From an uncultured delta proteobacterium (GTDB lineage Bacteria > Myxococcota > Myxococcia > SLRQ01), in the NCBI GenBank assembly GCA_963727485.1, contig CAVSGM010000011.1, forward strand, positions 288,001 through 352,000: a DNA stretch of 64,000 nucleotides, read 5' to 3'. The notes below the pieces were generated by a model. The model was not told the origin of the DNA. It saw only the letters and a list, made by a program, of their open reading frames with translations, and made no database searches. Position numbers and translations under genes: made by a program. Shown piece by piece: positions 35,640 to 45,691 of the stretch. The first letter of the stretch is position 1; every line of letters begins with the position of its first letter.

Positions 35640-36520
35640 TGCTCCCCAAGGACCTGGTCAGGCGCATCCGGCGCATCGAGATCTCCACCCGGCGGGCGGT
35701 GAACAACGCCCTGGCGGGCCAGTACCACTCGGTGTTCAAGGGCCGGGGCATGGCCTTCTCCGAGGTCCGCCAGTACCAGCCCGGCGACGAGATCCGCACC
35801 ATCGACTGGAACGTCACCGCGCGCCTCTCCGAGCCCTACGTGAAGGTGTTCACCGAGGAGCGCGAGCTGACGGTCATGCTCCTGGTCGACCTCTCGGCGA
35901 GCGGCGACTTCGGCACCGTGGAGCGCTCCAAGGCCGAGGTGGCCGCGGAGATCGCGGCGCTCCTGGCGTTCTCGGCGATCAAGAACAACGACCGGGTGGG
36001 GCTGCTGCTCTTCACCGACCACGTGGAGAAGTTCATCCCCCCCAAGAAGGGACGGACCCACGTGCTCCGGGTGATCAGCGAGATCCTCGGCTTCAAGCCC
36101 ACCGGCAGGGGCACCCGCATCGCCGAGGCCCTCTCCTACTACCAGCGGCTGATGCGCCGGAGCGCCGTGACCTTCCTGGTCTCCGACTTCCTCGACACCG
36201 GGTGGGAGAAGCAGCTCAAGCTCGCCGCCCGGCGACACGACCTCATCCCCGTGGTCCTCGACGATCCCTGGGAGCGCCAGCTGCCGGCCATGGGCCTGGT
36301 GGTGGGCGAGGACGCCGAGACCGGCGAGGCGGTGTTCCTCGACACCGGGAGCCCCCGGGTGCGCCAGGCCTTCGCCGCCCGGGCCCAGGCGCGCCGGGCG
36401 TCGCTGGTGCGCCTCTTCCGCCGGCTCTCGCTGCAGCACGTGGCGGTGCGCACCGACGAGGACTACGTGGCGCCGCTGGTGGCCTTCTTCCGGGCCCGGA
36501 CCCGGAGGCGCGCCGCATGA
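35639..36520 (+). CDS. DUF58 protein
   Basis: YHSVFKGRGMAFSEVRQYQPGDEIRTIDWNVTAR, VSDF. Confidence 0.93.
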   Translation: MLPKDLVRRIRRIEISTRRAVNNALAGQYHSVFKGRGMAFSEVRQYQPGDEIRTIDWNVTARLSEPYVKVFTEERELTVMLLVDLSASGDFGTVERSKAEVAAEIAALLAFSAIKNNDRVGLLLFTDHVEKFIPPKKGRTHVLRVISEILGFKPTGRGTRIAEALSYYQRLMRRSAVTFLVSDFLDTGWEKQLKLAARRHDLIPVVLDDPWERQLPAMGLVVGEDAETGEAVFLDTGSPRVRQAFAARAQARRASLVRLFRRLSLQHVAVRTDEDYVAPLVAFFRARTRRRAA

Positions 36521-37461
36521 GCCAGCCGACCGGCAGCACGCCCGCCTACACGCCGCCCCACCTCGAGGCGACGCTCCTCCAGAAGCAGGCCCACGTCGGC
36601 GACCAGGTCACCTACCGGATCTCGGTCACCCACCCCGACGACGTCTCGGTGAAGCTCCCGGCGAAGCCGGACCTGAAGCCCTACAGCCTCAACGGCGTCG
36701 ACCACCAGGTCCACCAGAGTCGCAAGCACCCCAAGACCGTCACCGACGTCTGGTCCCTGCGCCTCGGGGTCTACGACCTCTCGGCGAAGCCGGTGCCGTC
36801 CCTCACCCTCGACGTGGTGACCCCCGACGGCCCGGCGCACCTCACCCTGCCCACCCAGGCGCTCAAGCTCGAGTCCCTGATGCCGGCCCAGGGCAAGCCC
36901 ACCCCCCAGGAGCTGGCGCCGCCGGAGAAGGTCTGGGTCCCCGACTACACCCTGGTGGAGGTCGCCTCGGTGGCCCTCGTCGCCACGGTGCTGGCGCTCC
37001 TCCTCTGGCGCTTCTGGCGCCGGCGACGGGGCCGCCCGGGGAAGGCCGCGCCCCCGCCGCCGCCCCAGCCCCCGGAGGTCCGGGCCCGGGAGGCCCTCGA
37101 GGCCCTGCGCGCCCGGAACCTGGTGGCCCAGGGGCGGTACAAGGCCTTCTTCTTCGGGGTCTCGGAGATCGTCCGCGGCTACCTCGGCGAGCGCTTCGGC
37201 TTCGACGCCCTGGAGTGCACCACCACCGAGCTCATCGCCCGCCTCCGGGACCGGCCCACCCCGGGCCTCGACCTCGCCCGCTTCGAGGCCTGGACCGCCA
37301 CCGCCGACCTGGTGAAGTTCGCCGACCACCGCCCCGACGACCCCGAGTGCCAGGCCGCCCTCACCGGGGCCTTCGAGATCGTCGACCGCACCACCGCCGC
37401 CCACGAGGCCGCCCGGGCCGCCGCCGACGCCCGGGCCGGGGCCGGCCCCGCCGCCGCCTGA
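36517..37461 (+). CDS. Bat-operon-associated membrane protein
   Basis: Beta-rich N-terminus, single TM, VRGYLGERFGFDALECTTTE, ADLVKFA. Confidence 0.8.
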   Translation: MSQPTGSTPAYTPPHLEATLLQKQAHVGDQVTYRISVTHPDDVSVKLPAKPDLKPYSLNGVDHQVHQSRKHPKTVTDVWSLRLGVYDLSAKPVPSLTLDVVTPDGPAHLTLPTQALKLESLMPAQGKPTPQELAPPEKVWVPDYTLVEVASVALVATVLALLLWRFWRRRRGRPGKAAPPPPPQPPEVRAREALEALRARNLVAQGRYKAFFFGVSEIVRGYLGERFGFDALECTTTELIARLRDRPTPGLDLARFEAWTATADLVKFADHRPDDPECQAALTGAFEIVDRTTAAHEAARAAADARAGAGPAAA

Positions 37462-37464
37462 ACC

Positions 37465-38472
37465 ATGCTCTCGACCTTCCAGTTCGCCCGGCCCTGGGCC
37501 CTCGTGCTCCTGGCGGTGGTGCCGCTGGTCATCTGGCTGCTGGGCCGGATGCGGCGGCGGGCGCGCCTGCGCCTCCCCAGCCGGATCCAGCTCGAGGGGG
37601 TGGCGAGGACCCTGGCGGTGCGCCTGCGCTGGCTCCCCGACGGGCTGTTGGTCCTGGCCATCGCCCTGGCGGCCCTGGGCCTCGCCCGCCCGGAGGTGAG
37701 GGACACCACCGCCAAGAGCCTCTCGGTGGAGGGCATCGACATCGTCATCGCCCTCGACCTCTCCACCTCCATGCGCGCCGCCGACTTCCGGCCCCAGAAC
37801 CGCCTCCACGTGGCCAAGCAGACCATCGCCGACTTCATCAACAAGCGCGACGACGACCGCATCGGCCTGGTGGTCTTCGCCGGCCAGGCCTACACCCAGG
37901 CGCCGCTCACCCTCGACCACGGGGTGCTCCTCGACATCCTCAAGTCCCTGCGCACCGGGGTGATCCAGGACGGCACCGCCATCGGCAACGCCCTGGCCAC
38001 CTCCCTCAACCGCCTCAAGGACAGCACCGCCAAGAGCAAGGTGGTCATCCTGGTCACCGACGGCGACAACAACGCCGGCAACATCTCCCCCATGGAGGCC
38101 GCCGGCATCGCCAAGCAGCTGGGGGTGAAGGTGTTCACGGTGATGGTGGGCAAGGGCGGCGAGGTCCCCTACCCGGCGGGGCACGACCTCTGGGGCCGGC
38201 CCACCTACCGCAAGGTGAAGATCCCGGTGAACGCGGACCTCCTCAAGCAGATCGCCAAGACCACCGGCGGCCACTTCTACGTGGCCACCGATCGCCGGTC
38301 GCTCGAGGAGAACTTCCAGAAGATCCTCGACGAGCTCACCAAGACCCGGCTGATGGAGGGCGGGGTCTACGTCAACTACACCGAGGTCTTCCCCCTCGCG
38401 GTCCTCCCGGCGATCCTGCTGGGGCTCCTGGGCCTGCTCCTCCAGGCCACCCGCCTCAAGCCCTTCCCCTGA
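37465..38472 (+). CDS. batA: BatA-like VWA protein
   Basis: LARP, MIDAS DLSTSM, DRIGLVVFAG, GTAIGNAL, LVTDGDNN. Confidence 0.88.
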   Translation: MLSTFQFARPWALVLLAVVPLVIWLLGRMRRRARLRLPSRIQLEGVARTLAVRLRWLPDGLLVLAIALAALGLARPEVRDTTAKSLSVEGIDIVIALDLSTSMRAADFRPQNRLHVAKQTIADFINKRDDDRIGLVVFAGQAYTQAPLTLDHGVLLDILKSLRTGVIQDGTAIGNALATSLNRLKDSTAKSKVVILVTDGDNNAGNISPMEAAGIAKQLGVKVFTVMVGKGGEVPYPAGHDLWGRPTYRKVKIPVNADLLKQIAKTTGGHFYVATDRRSLEENFQKILDELTKTRLMEGGVYVNYTEVFPLAVLPAILLGLLGLLLQATRLKPFP

Positions 38473-38478
38473 TCCGCC

Positions 38479-40600
38479 ATGTGGCAGCTCACCCTCCTCG
38501 GCTACAAGATCCGCCTGGTCCACCCGGAGTACTTCCTCCTGGTGGCCGCGGTCGCCGCCGCCGCGGCGCTGCTCCTCCTCGCCTGGGTGCGGCGGATGCG
38601 GCGGGTGCGGCAGGTGGTGCCGGGACGGCTCCAGGGCCGGGTGATCCCCGGGTGGTCCCCGGCGCGGGAGGGGACGCGCCTGTCCACCATCCTCCTCGGG
38701 CTCCTGCTGCTCTCCCTGGCCCTGGTCCAGCCCCAGTGCGGGACCGGCACCGAGCTGGCCAAGAAGGTGGGCATCGACGTGGTGGTCGCCCTCGACGTGA
38801 GCCACTCCATGGAGGCCCGGGACGTGAAGCCCTCGCGGCTTGGCCCGGGCGCGGCTCGAGCTCTCCGACCTCATCGACCACCTGCGCGGCGACCGCTTCG
38901 GCCTGGTGGTCTTCGCGGGGACCGCCTTCGTCCAGTGCCCCCTGACCACCGACTACGCCGCCGCCAAGCTCTTCCTCAAGGCGGTGGACCCGGGGGCGAT
39001 GCCGGTCCAGGGCACCGACATCGGCACCGCCCTCGACGAGGCCCGCCAGCTCCTCCACTCCCGGCGGGGCACCCGGGCCCAGGTGGTGGTGCTCCTCACC
39101 GACGGCGAGGACCACGGCCCCGACACCCTCTCCATCGCCCACGCGCTCCACGACGAGGGGATCCGCGTCTACACCGTGGGCATCGGCTCCACCAGCGGTG
39201 AGCCCATCCCCATCCTCGACCACGAGGGGCAGGTCGTCGGCTACAAGAAGGACGAGGCGGGCAACACCGTCCTCTCCCACCTCGACCCCAAGGTGCTCAA
39301 GCAGCTCGCCGAGATCACCGGCGGCCGTTACCTCCACGCCACCGACGGCAGCATCGGCATGTCCAAGGTCATCCACGACCTCGATCACCTCCAGAAGGCC
39401 GAGTTCGCGTCCCGGATGACGACGCGGTTCGAGGACCGCAGCGTGTTCCTGCTCCTCCCGGGCTTCCTCCTCCTGCTCTTCGGGACCGTGCTGCGCCCCA
39501 GCCGCCGGCGGCCGCCGCCCGGGGACGACGGGCGGGGGCAGGGTGGCGGCGGTGGCGGGAAGGGTGCCGGGGACGGCGGTGCACCGGGAAGCGGCGGCGG
39601 CACCCGCCGGAAGGCGGCGGGGGCGGGGCAGGCGGCGGCGATGGTGCTCCTGCTGCTGGTCCCGGCCCTGGCCGGCTGGCGTCCCTTCGCCTCCCAGCAC
39701 CCGGGGGTGAAGGCCGGAAACGACGCCTACGCCGCCGGCCGCTACGGTGACGCCCTCAAGGCCTACGACCGGGTGCTCAAGCAGGAGAAGCACCCGGGCG
39801 ACCGGGCGCGGATCCAGTTCAACCGGGGCACGGCGCTGGCGGCCCAGGGCAAGGTGAAGGACGCGCGCAAGGCCTTCGACGCGGCCCTCGACGGGGCCGA
39901 CGACTCCCTCAAGGCCCGGGACTTCTACAACCTGGGCACCGCGCTCCTGCGCACCCACGATCCCAAGCACGCCGCCGACGCCTTCATCCGCTCCCTCAAG
40001 CTCGACCCCAAGGACGCCGCCGCCAAGTACAACCTCGAGCTCGCCCTCCGGCAGCTCGCGCAGAAGCAGAAGCCGCCGCCGAAGCAGGGCAACAAGCAGG
40101 ACCAGAAGCAGCAGCAGCAGAAGAAGCAGCAGAACCAGGACCAGCAGGGCGGCCAGAAGCAGAAGCGGGACCAGCAGCAGGCGAAGAACAAGCAGGCCGG
40201 CCAGCAGGGCCAGGATCAGCAGGGTCAGCAGGGGCAGAAGCAGAAGCAGGAGGCGGGCCGCCAGGGCGACCAGAAGCAGCAGCAGCAAGGCGGCCAGAAG
40301 CAGGAGAAGCAGGGCGGCCAGAAGCAGCAGGCGAAGGCCGGCCAGAAGGACCAGCAGGGCCAGCAGGCCGACGCCGGCAAGCAGCCCGGACACCCGCAGC
40401 AGGGCGAGGCGGGCCCGGGCCAGAAGGGCAAGGACCAGAAGGGCCAGGGCGTCGCCGCCGCCCGCCCGGCGAAGGTGGGCCGCCAGGACGGCAAGCGCAT
40501 CCTCAACGCCCTCCGCCAGGGGGAGAAGCCCCTGCAGATGCAGCTCTTCCAGCTCAAGAACAAGGCGCACCAGGCGCCTCCCGGAGGCAAGGACTGGTGA
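38479..40600 (+). CDS. BatB (VWA)-BatC (TPR, Q/K-rich) fusion; frameshift near 38840
   Basis: DVSHSM..RDVKPSRL then DRFGLVVFAG, LLTDGEDH, TPRs (YNLGTAL, KYNLELAL), Gln/Lys-rich tract, terminal KDW. Confidence 0.82.
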
Positions 40601-42489
40601 GCGCCCGCATCCTCGCCGCCGCCCTCGTGGCGGCCCTCCTCGCGGTCCCCACCGCCCCCGCCCGGGCCGACGACGTCCAGGTCAACGCCACGGTCGATCG
40701 CAACCGCATCGAGGTGGGCCAGACCATCCGCCTCGACGTGACGGTGACCGTCCCCGACGCGAGCGCCATCGAGGGCCTCCAGCTCCCCCGGCACCCGGGC
40801 TTCGCCGAGGTGGGCCGCTCCCAGTCCACCCAGATGAGCTTCAGCTTCGGCAGCGGCGGCCAGTCGATGCAGCGGACGGTGACCCACACCGTGATGCTCC
40901 GGGCCCTCAAGACCGGGGTGCTCACCCTGGCGCCGGCGCAGCTGCGCTACCGGGGCAGGACCTACGCCACCCGGTCCATCACCGTCACCGTCCTCCACGC
41001 CGGGGCCCTCGGCGGGAGGCAGGCGCCGCACCGGCGCCAGAACCCCTTCGGCGGTGCCGGCCAGAACCCCTTCGACCCCTTCGGGATGCTCGGTGGCGGC
41101 CAGCCCCAGCACGCGCCGGTGGGGGACGACGACGTCTTCGTCCGCGCCGACGTCGACCGGAGCACCGCCTGGCTCGGCCAGCAGGTGACCCTGCGCATCG
41201 AGGTCTACTCGCGGATCGACGTCACCGACTTCCCCGGGTTCAAGATGCCCAAGCTCGACGGCTTCTGGACCGAGGATCTCGACAGCCCCACGCGCATCAC
41301 CCCCACCACCCGGGTCATCGACGGTGTCCCCTACCGCGTCTACCTCCTCCGGCGGCAGGCGATCTTCCCCCTGAAGTCGGGGAAGGTTCAGATCGACCCG
41401 GTGGAGGTGCAGATCGCCACCGGCTTCGGTCTGTTCTCCAGCGGCCGCACCGTCACCCGCCACAGCAAGGCGGTGACCATCGAGGTCAAGCCCCTGCCCG
41501 CCGCCGGCCAGCCCCCGGGCTTCCAGAGCACCAACATCGGGAGCTGGCGTCTCGCGTCCAAGGTCGACACCCACCAGGTGACCCTGGGACAGCCGGTGAC
41601 CCTGGACCTCACCGCGACCGGCCAGGGGAACCTCGACGCCCTGCAGCTGCCCGGCCTCGCGGCGATCCCGGGGGTGAAGGCCTATGACCCCACCCGGACC
41701 CAGGACAAGCGGGTGCAAGCCGCCCACTTCGGGGGGAGCAAGAAGGTCGAGTGGGTCCTGGTGCCCACGCGCACCGGCGACTTCGAGATCCCGGCCTTCC
41801 ATCTCGCCTACTTCAATCCCGAGACCGGTGGCTACGAGACCGCGACCACCGAGCCCATCCGCTTCTCGGTGACCACCGCCCCCGGGACCGGCGCGACCGC
41901 CGGCGCGGCTCCGGGGGTCGCCCCGGCGGCCGGCCCCTCGAACGTCCTCGACGGGGGCGGGCTCCGGGAGATCCGCTACGCCGCCTCGCTCCACCGGGTG
42001 CGTCCGCCCCTCTACCGGACCCGGCTCTTCCTCGCCCTGGTGGCCCTGCCGGTCGTCCTGCTCCTCGCCGTGGTCGGCGGCGGCCGCCTCCGCCACGCCC
42101 TCGCCGCCTCGGCCAGCCGGAACCTCGGGCGCCGGGCGCCGGGGGTGGCCCGGGCCCGCCTCAAGGAGGCGCGCCGGCTCCGGGCCAAGGGCGATCTCGC
42201 CGCGAGCTTCGTCTCGGTGGAGAAGGCGCTCCTCGACTACCTGGCCACCCGCCTCGGCGTCACCGCCCGGGGGATGAGCCGGGACGCCCTCGGCCGGGAG
42301 CTGCGTCAGAGGGGCTTCGCGCCCCTGCGGGTGGAGCGCCTCTGCCGGGTCCTCGAGGACTGCGAGTCGGCGCGCTACAGCCCGGTCCCGCCCACCGACG
42401 CCGAGGTGGAGAAGCTCCTCGACCGGGCGGCGCGGGTGCTGGCGGATCTCGACGCGGGGCCCGGGGCCCCGAAGGGGAGGGCGGCATGA
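40597..42489 (+). CDS. batD: BatD-like protein
   Basis: Signal peptide, repeated Ig-like beta domains, C-terminal TM and CESARYSP. Confidence 0.82.
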   Translation: MSARILAAALVAALLAVPTAPARADDVQVNATVDRNRIEVGQTIRLDVTVTVPDASAIEGLQLPRHPGFAEVGRSQSTQMSFSFGSGGQSMQRTVTHTVMLRALKTGVLTLAPAQLRYRGRTYATRSITVTVLHAGALGGRQAPHRRQNPFGGAGQNPFDPFGMLGGGQPQHAPVGDDDVFVRADVDRSTAWLGQQVTLRIEVYSRIDVTDFPGFKMPKLDGFWTEDLDSPTRITPTTRVIDGVPYRVYLLRRQAIFPLKSGKVQIDPVEVQIATGFGLFSSGRTVTRHSKAVTIEVKPLPAAGQPPGFQSTNIGSWRLASKVDTHQVTLGQPVTLDLTATGQGNLDALQLPGLAAIPGVKAYDPTRTQDKRVQAAHFGGSKKVEWVLVPTRTGDFEIPAFHLAYFNPETGGYETATTEPIRFSVTTAPGTGATAGAAPGVAPAAGPSNVLDGGGLREIRYAASLHRVRPPLYRTRLFLALVALPVVLLLAVVGGGRLRHALAASASRNLGRRAPGVARARLKEARRLRAKGDLAASFVSVEKALLDYLATRLGVTARGMSRDALGRELRQRGFAPLRVERLCRVLEDCESARYSPVPPTDAEVEKLLDRAARVLADLDAGPGAPKGRAA

Positions 42490-43280
42490 GCCGGCGCGCA
42501 CGTCACCTGGCCGGGGTCCTCGCCGTGGCCCTCGCCGGCGCCGCCCCCGTGGCGAGCTTCGCCGACGCCGGGGCCGGCCCCCCCAAGACCCGGGCCGAGG
42601 CGGAGCTCCTCTTCCGCCAGGGCAACGACGCCTTCCTCGCCAAGCACTACGACGCCGCCCTCACCGACTACCAGCGCCTGGTCGACGCGGGCTTCGGCAC
42701 CGGCGACGTCTACTTCAACCTGGGCAACGCCGCCCTCAAGGCGGGGAAGCTCGGCGAGTCGGTCCTCGCCTACGAGCGGGCACTGCGCCAGGATCCGGGC
42801 GACGACGACGCCCGGGCGAACCTCGCCCTGGCCCGGAAGCACAACGTCGACAAGGTCGTCGGCGGAGGCAGCGGGCCGCCGTTCCTCGCGCGCCTGGCCC
42901 GGGTGCTGCCCCCCGGACCGGTGACCGTGGCCTTCGGGGTGGCCTGGGGCCTGCTCTTCCTCGGTCTCCTCGGCCTCCGGCTCGTCCGGGGCCGGCGCCT
43001 CCTGCTCTCGTTGGTCGCCGCCCTCGGCCTCTTGGGGTCGGTGGCCGCCGGGGGGCTCCTCGCCGACGTGGCCTGGTACCGGGACCACGTGGTGGAGGCG
43101 GTGGTGATGGACCCGGTGATCCCCGTGCGCAAGGGACCGGCGCCCCGGTTCGAGACCGCCTTCGAGCTCCACGAGGGCTTCGAGGTGCGCCTCCTCGGCC
43201 ACGACGGGCCCTACGTGCAGGTCCGCCTCGCCAACGGCCTCGAGGGCTGGGTGCTCCGGCGGAGCCTGAAGACCATCTAG
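42486..43280 (+). CDS. batE: BatE-like TPR/SH3 protein
   Basis: YFNLGNA..KAG.LGE.VLAYERAL...P, TMs, LHEG.EV...GWV. Confidence 0.82.
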   Translation: MSRRARHLAGVLAVALAGAAPVASFADAGAGPPKTRAEAELLFRQGNDAFLAKHYDAALTDYQRLVDAGFGTGDVYFNLGNAALKAGKLGESVLAYERALRQDPGDDDARANLALARKHNVDKVVGGGSGPPFLARLARVLPPGPVTVAFGVAWGLLFLGLLGLRLVRGRRLLLSLVAALGLLGSVAAGGLLADVAWYRDHVVEAVVMDPVIPVRKGPAPRFETAFELHEGFEVRLLGHDGPYVQVRLANGLEGWVLRRSLKTI

Positions 43281-43485
43281 GGCCCGGGTCGAGGCGATCG
43301 CCCCCGCTACCACCCATACCCACCTGCGTAGCCAGGGTGGCAGGGTGGATCCCATCGTCGCACATGCGTCCAGATCCTGGACGGACCCCGGGGAGGGCAC
43401 GCCCTTGCCTCTGCCCATCGAGCCCCTAGCGTTTACGCGGAGTTGAGGGGGATCGACGGCGCCGTGGCGGGGTCGGCACGTCAGC

Positions 43486-43500
43486 TGGCCCGGGCCTTGC
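43486..43500 (+). promoter_or_regulatory. Putative sigma54 (-24/-12) promoter
   Basis: TGGCCCG-GGCC-TTGC fits TGGCACG-N4-TTGC with GG-N10-GC spacing, 47 nt before the ATG. Confidence 0.6.
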
Positions 43501-43547
43501 CTATCGGCGACGCCAGAGTGGCGCTGCGCGCGCCGCCGGAGGCAGCC

Positions 43548-44156
43548 ATGCGGTACCAGTCCATCGTCGCCATCGCACTCGCCGTCGCCCTCGCGCCCCT
43601 CGCGGCGCGGGCCGAGGTCGATCCCCCGCCGGGGCTCCTCGACCGGGACGTGGCCATCGAGCGCATCTTCCTCGAGCTCGCCGGCAACACCCACGGCTTC
43701 ACCAACGACGAGGAGTGGCGCCTGGCGGGCACCGTCTACGACGCCGCCCAGGCCAGCGACGTCGACCCGTTCATGGTCCTGGCCGTGATCCGGGTGGAGA
43801 GCACCTTCAAGCGCGGCCAGCGCAGCTCCGTGGGCGCCCTGGGCCTGATGCAGGTGCGTCCCGGGACCGCCCGGGCCATGGCCAAGGTGGCCGGGGTCCA
43901 CTGGCGCGGCCGCCACACCCTGCTCCATCCCGCCGACAACATCCGCCTCGGCACCGCCTACCTGGCGCGCCTGCTGCGGCGCTTCCACGGGAACGCCACC
44001 CTGGCGCTGACCGCCTACTGCCACGGCCCCACCGAGGTGCGGCGGATGATCCGGGGTCACCGCCTCGACGGGAGCGCCCTGCGCTACGCCCGGAAGGTGA
44101 AGGCCTTCTGGCACCGCTACCGCGAAGGCCTCTCCAGCGGCCGGCCGGTGTCCTGA
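43548..44156 (+). CDS. Lytic transglycosylase (SLT domain)
   Basis: LAVIRVESTF, GALGLMQV, NIRLGTAYL, ALTAY; GGAGG RBS and signal peptide. Confidence 0.9.
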   Translation: MRYQSIVAIALAVALAPLAARAEVDPPPGLLDRDVAIERIFLELAGNTHGFTNDEEWRLAGTVYDAAQASDVDPFMVLAVIRVESTFKRGQRSSVGALGLMQVRPGTARAMAKVAGVHWRGRHTLLHPADNIRLGTAYLARLLRRFHGNATLALTAYCHGPTEVRRMIRGHRLDGSALRYARKVKAFWHRYREGLSSGRPVS

Positions 44157-44336
44157 CGCGGGCGCCCGGGCGCCCCTTGGCGCCGGGTCCGGGTGGGCCG
44201 CCGGGTCCACCGGGACCCGCCTCGCGGTGAGGGCCCCGCCGCCAACGAAGACGCCGCGTCCCCGAGGGGGCGCGGCGTCGTGCGTCGGGGGTCCGGCGGC
44301 GGCTTCGTGCCCCGGCCGGATCCGGCGTGGCGGCGA

Positions 44337-45614
44337 TCAGGGGAAGAGGCCGCGGGTGGTCATGGCCTGGGAGAGCCGGCGGAAGGCCAGGCGCATGGCC
44401 GCGGTCCGCATGTCCAGCTTCTCCTCCTGGTGCACCTGGACGATCTCCCCGAAGGCCTTGTGCATGATCCGGTAGAGGCGCCGGTTGATCTCCTTGGCGG
44501 ACCAGAAGAAGTTCTGGAGCCCCTGGACCCACTCGAAGTAGCTGACGGTGACGCCGCCGGCGTTGGCGAAGACGTCGGGGAGGACGAAGACGTCGTCGCG
44601 CTCCCGGAGGACCTTGTCGCCGCTGCTGGTGACCGGGCCGTTGGCGCCCTCGGCGAGGATCCGGCACTTGACCTGCGCCGCGACCTTGTCGTCGATGACA
44701 CCGGAGACCGCGGCGGGCACCAACAGGTCGCAGGGCAGGAGGAGGATCTCCTCGTTGGAGATCGCCTCGGCCTCGGGGTAGCCCTCGAGGGTGCCGTGCT
44801 TGTTCATCCACCGGCGGACCTCGGGGATGTCGAGGCCGTTCTCGTTGTGGAGGCCGCCACCGACGTCGGAGACCGCGGTGACCTTCACCCCCATCTTGAA
44901 GAGCTTGCGGGCGGCGTTCATGCCCACGTTGCCGAAGCCCTGGACCACGGCGACGCTCCCGTCACCAAACGGCATCTCCAGGTACTTGGCGGCCTCCATG
45001 GCGGCGTAGACCACGCCGCGGCCGGTGGCCTGGAAGCGCCCGAGCGAGCCGCCGACGCTCACCGGCTTGCCGGTGACCACCGAGGGGACCGCGTGGCCCT
45101 TGACCTGGGAGTAGGTGTCCATGATCCACGCCATCACCTGCTCGTTGGTGCCCATGTCGGGCGCCGGGATGTCCGAGTCGGGGCCGATGTCGTTGATGAT
45201 CTCGGTGGTGAACCGGCGGGTGAGGCGCTGGAGCTCGCTGCGCGAGAGGGTGCCGGGCACGCACCGGACCCCGCCCTTGGCGCCGCCGAGCGGCAGGCCC
45301 ACCAGGGCGCACTTCATGGTCATCAGCATCGCCAGCGCCGTGACCTCGCCGAGGTTCACGTCGGGGGCGTAGCGCAGGCCGCCCTTGAAGGGGCCGCGGG
45401 TGTTGTTGTGCTGCACCCGGTAGCCGTGGAAGTTCTCCACCCGCCCGTCGTCCATCCGCACCGGGAAGGTCACGATGACCGCCCGGTCGGGGTAGGTGAG
45501 ACGGTGCAGGACGTTGGGATCGAGGCCCATGAGGGACCCGGTCCGTTGAAAGAGGTCGACGGTGTTCTGGTAGAGCGGGCTGTCCCATTCCATTTGCATG
45601 GTGGCGTTCTCCAC
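44337..45614 (-). CDS. gdhA: Glu/Leu/Phe/Val dehydrogenase (glutamate dehydrogenase)
   Basis: GPFKGGLRY, GGAKGG, IPAPDMGT, QGFGNVG, NAGGVTVSYFEWVQ. Confidence 0.93.
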   Translation of the reverse strand: MENATMQMEWDSPLYQNTVDLFQRTGSLMGLDPNVLHRLTYPDRAVIVTFPVRMDDGRVENFHGYRVQHNNTRGPFKGGLRYAPDVNLGEVTALAMLMTMKCALVGLPLGGAKGGVRCVPGTLSRSELQRLTRRFTTEIINDIGPDSDIPAPDMGTNEQVMAWIMDTYSQVKGHAVPSVVTGKPVSVGGSLGRFQATGRGVVYAAMEAAKYLEMPFGDGSVAVVQGFGNVGMNAARKLFKMGVKVTAVSDVGGGLHNENGLDIPEVRRWMNKHGTLEGYPEAEAISNEEILLLPCDLLVPAAVSGVIDDKVAAQVKCRILAEGANGPVTSSGDKVLRERDDVFVLPDVFANAGGVTVSYFEWVQGLQNFFWSAKEINRRLYRIMHKAFGEIVQVHQEEKLDMRTAAMRLAFRRLSQAMTTRGLFP

Positions 45615-45691
45615 GACTGGTTCCCTTGAGGGGTCTGGCGCGCCTCTTACACCCTCACCGATCCGCCCTCAAGCCGCGCTGCGTAAGAGTT

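Noticed and set aside
44157..44336. ncRNA between the transglycosylase and gdh
   Set aside because: GC hairpins between convergent genes are adequately explained as terminators
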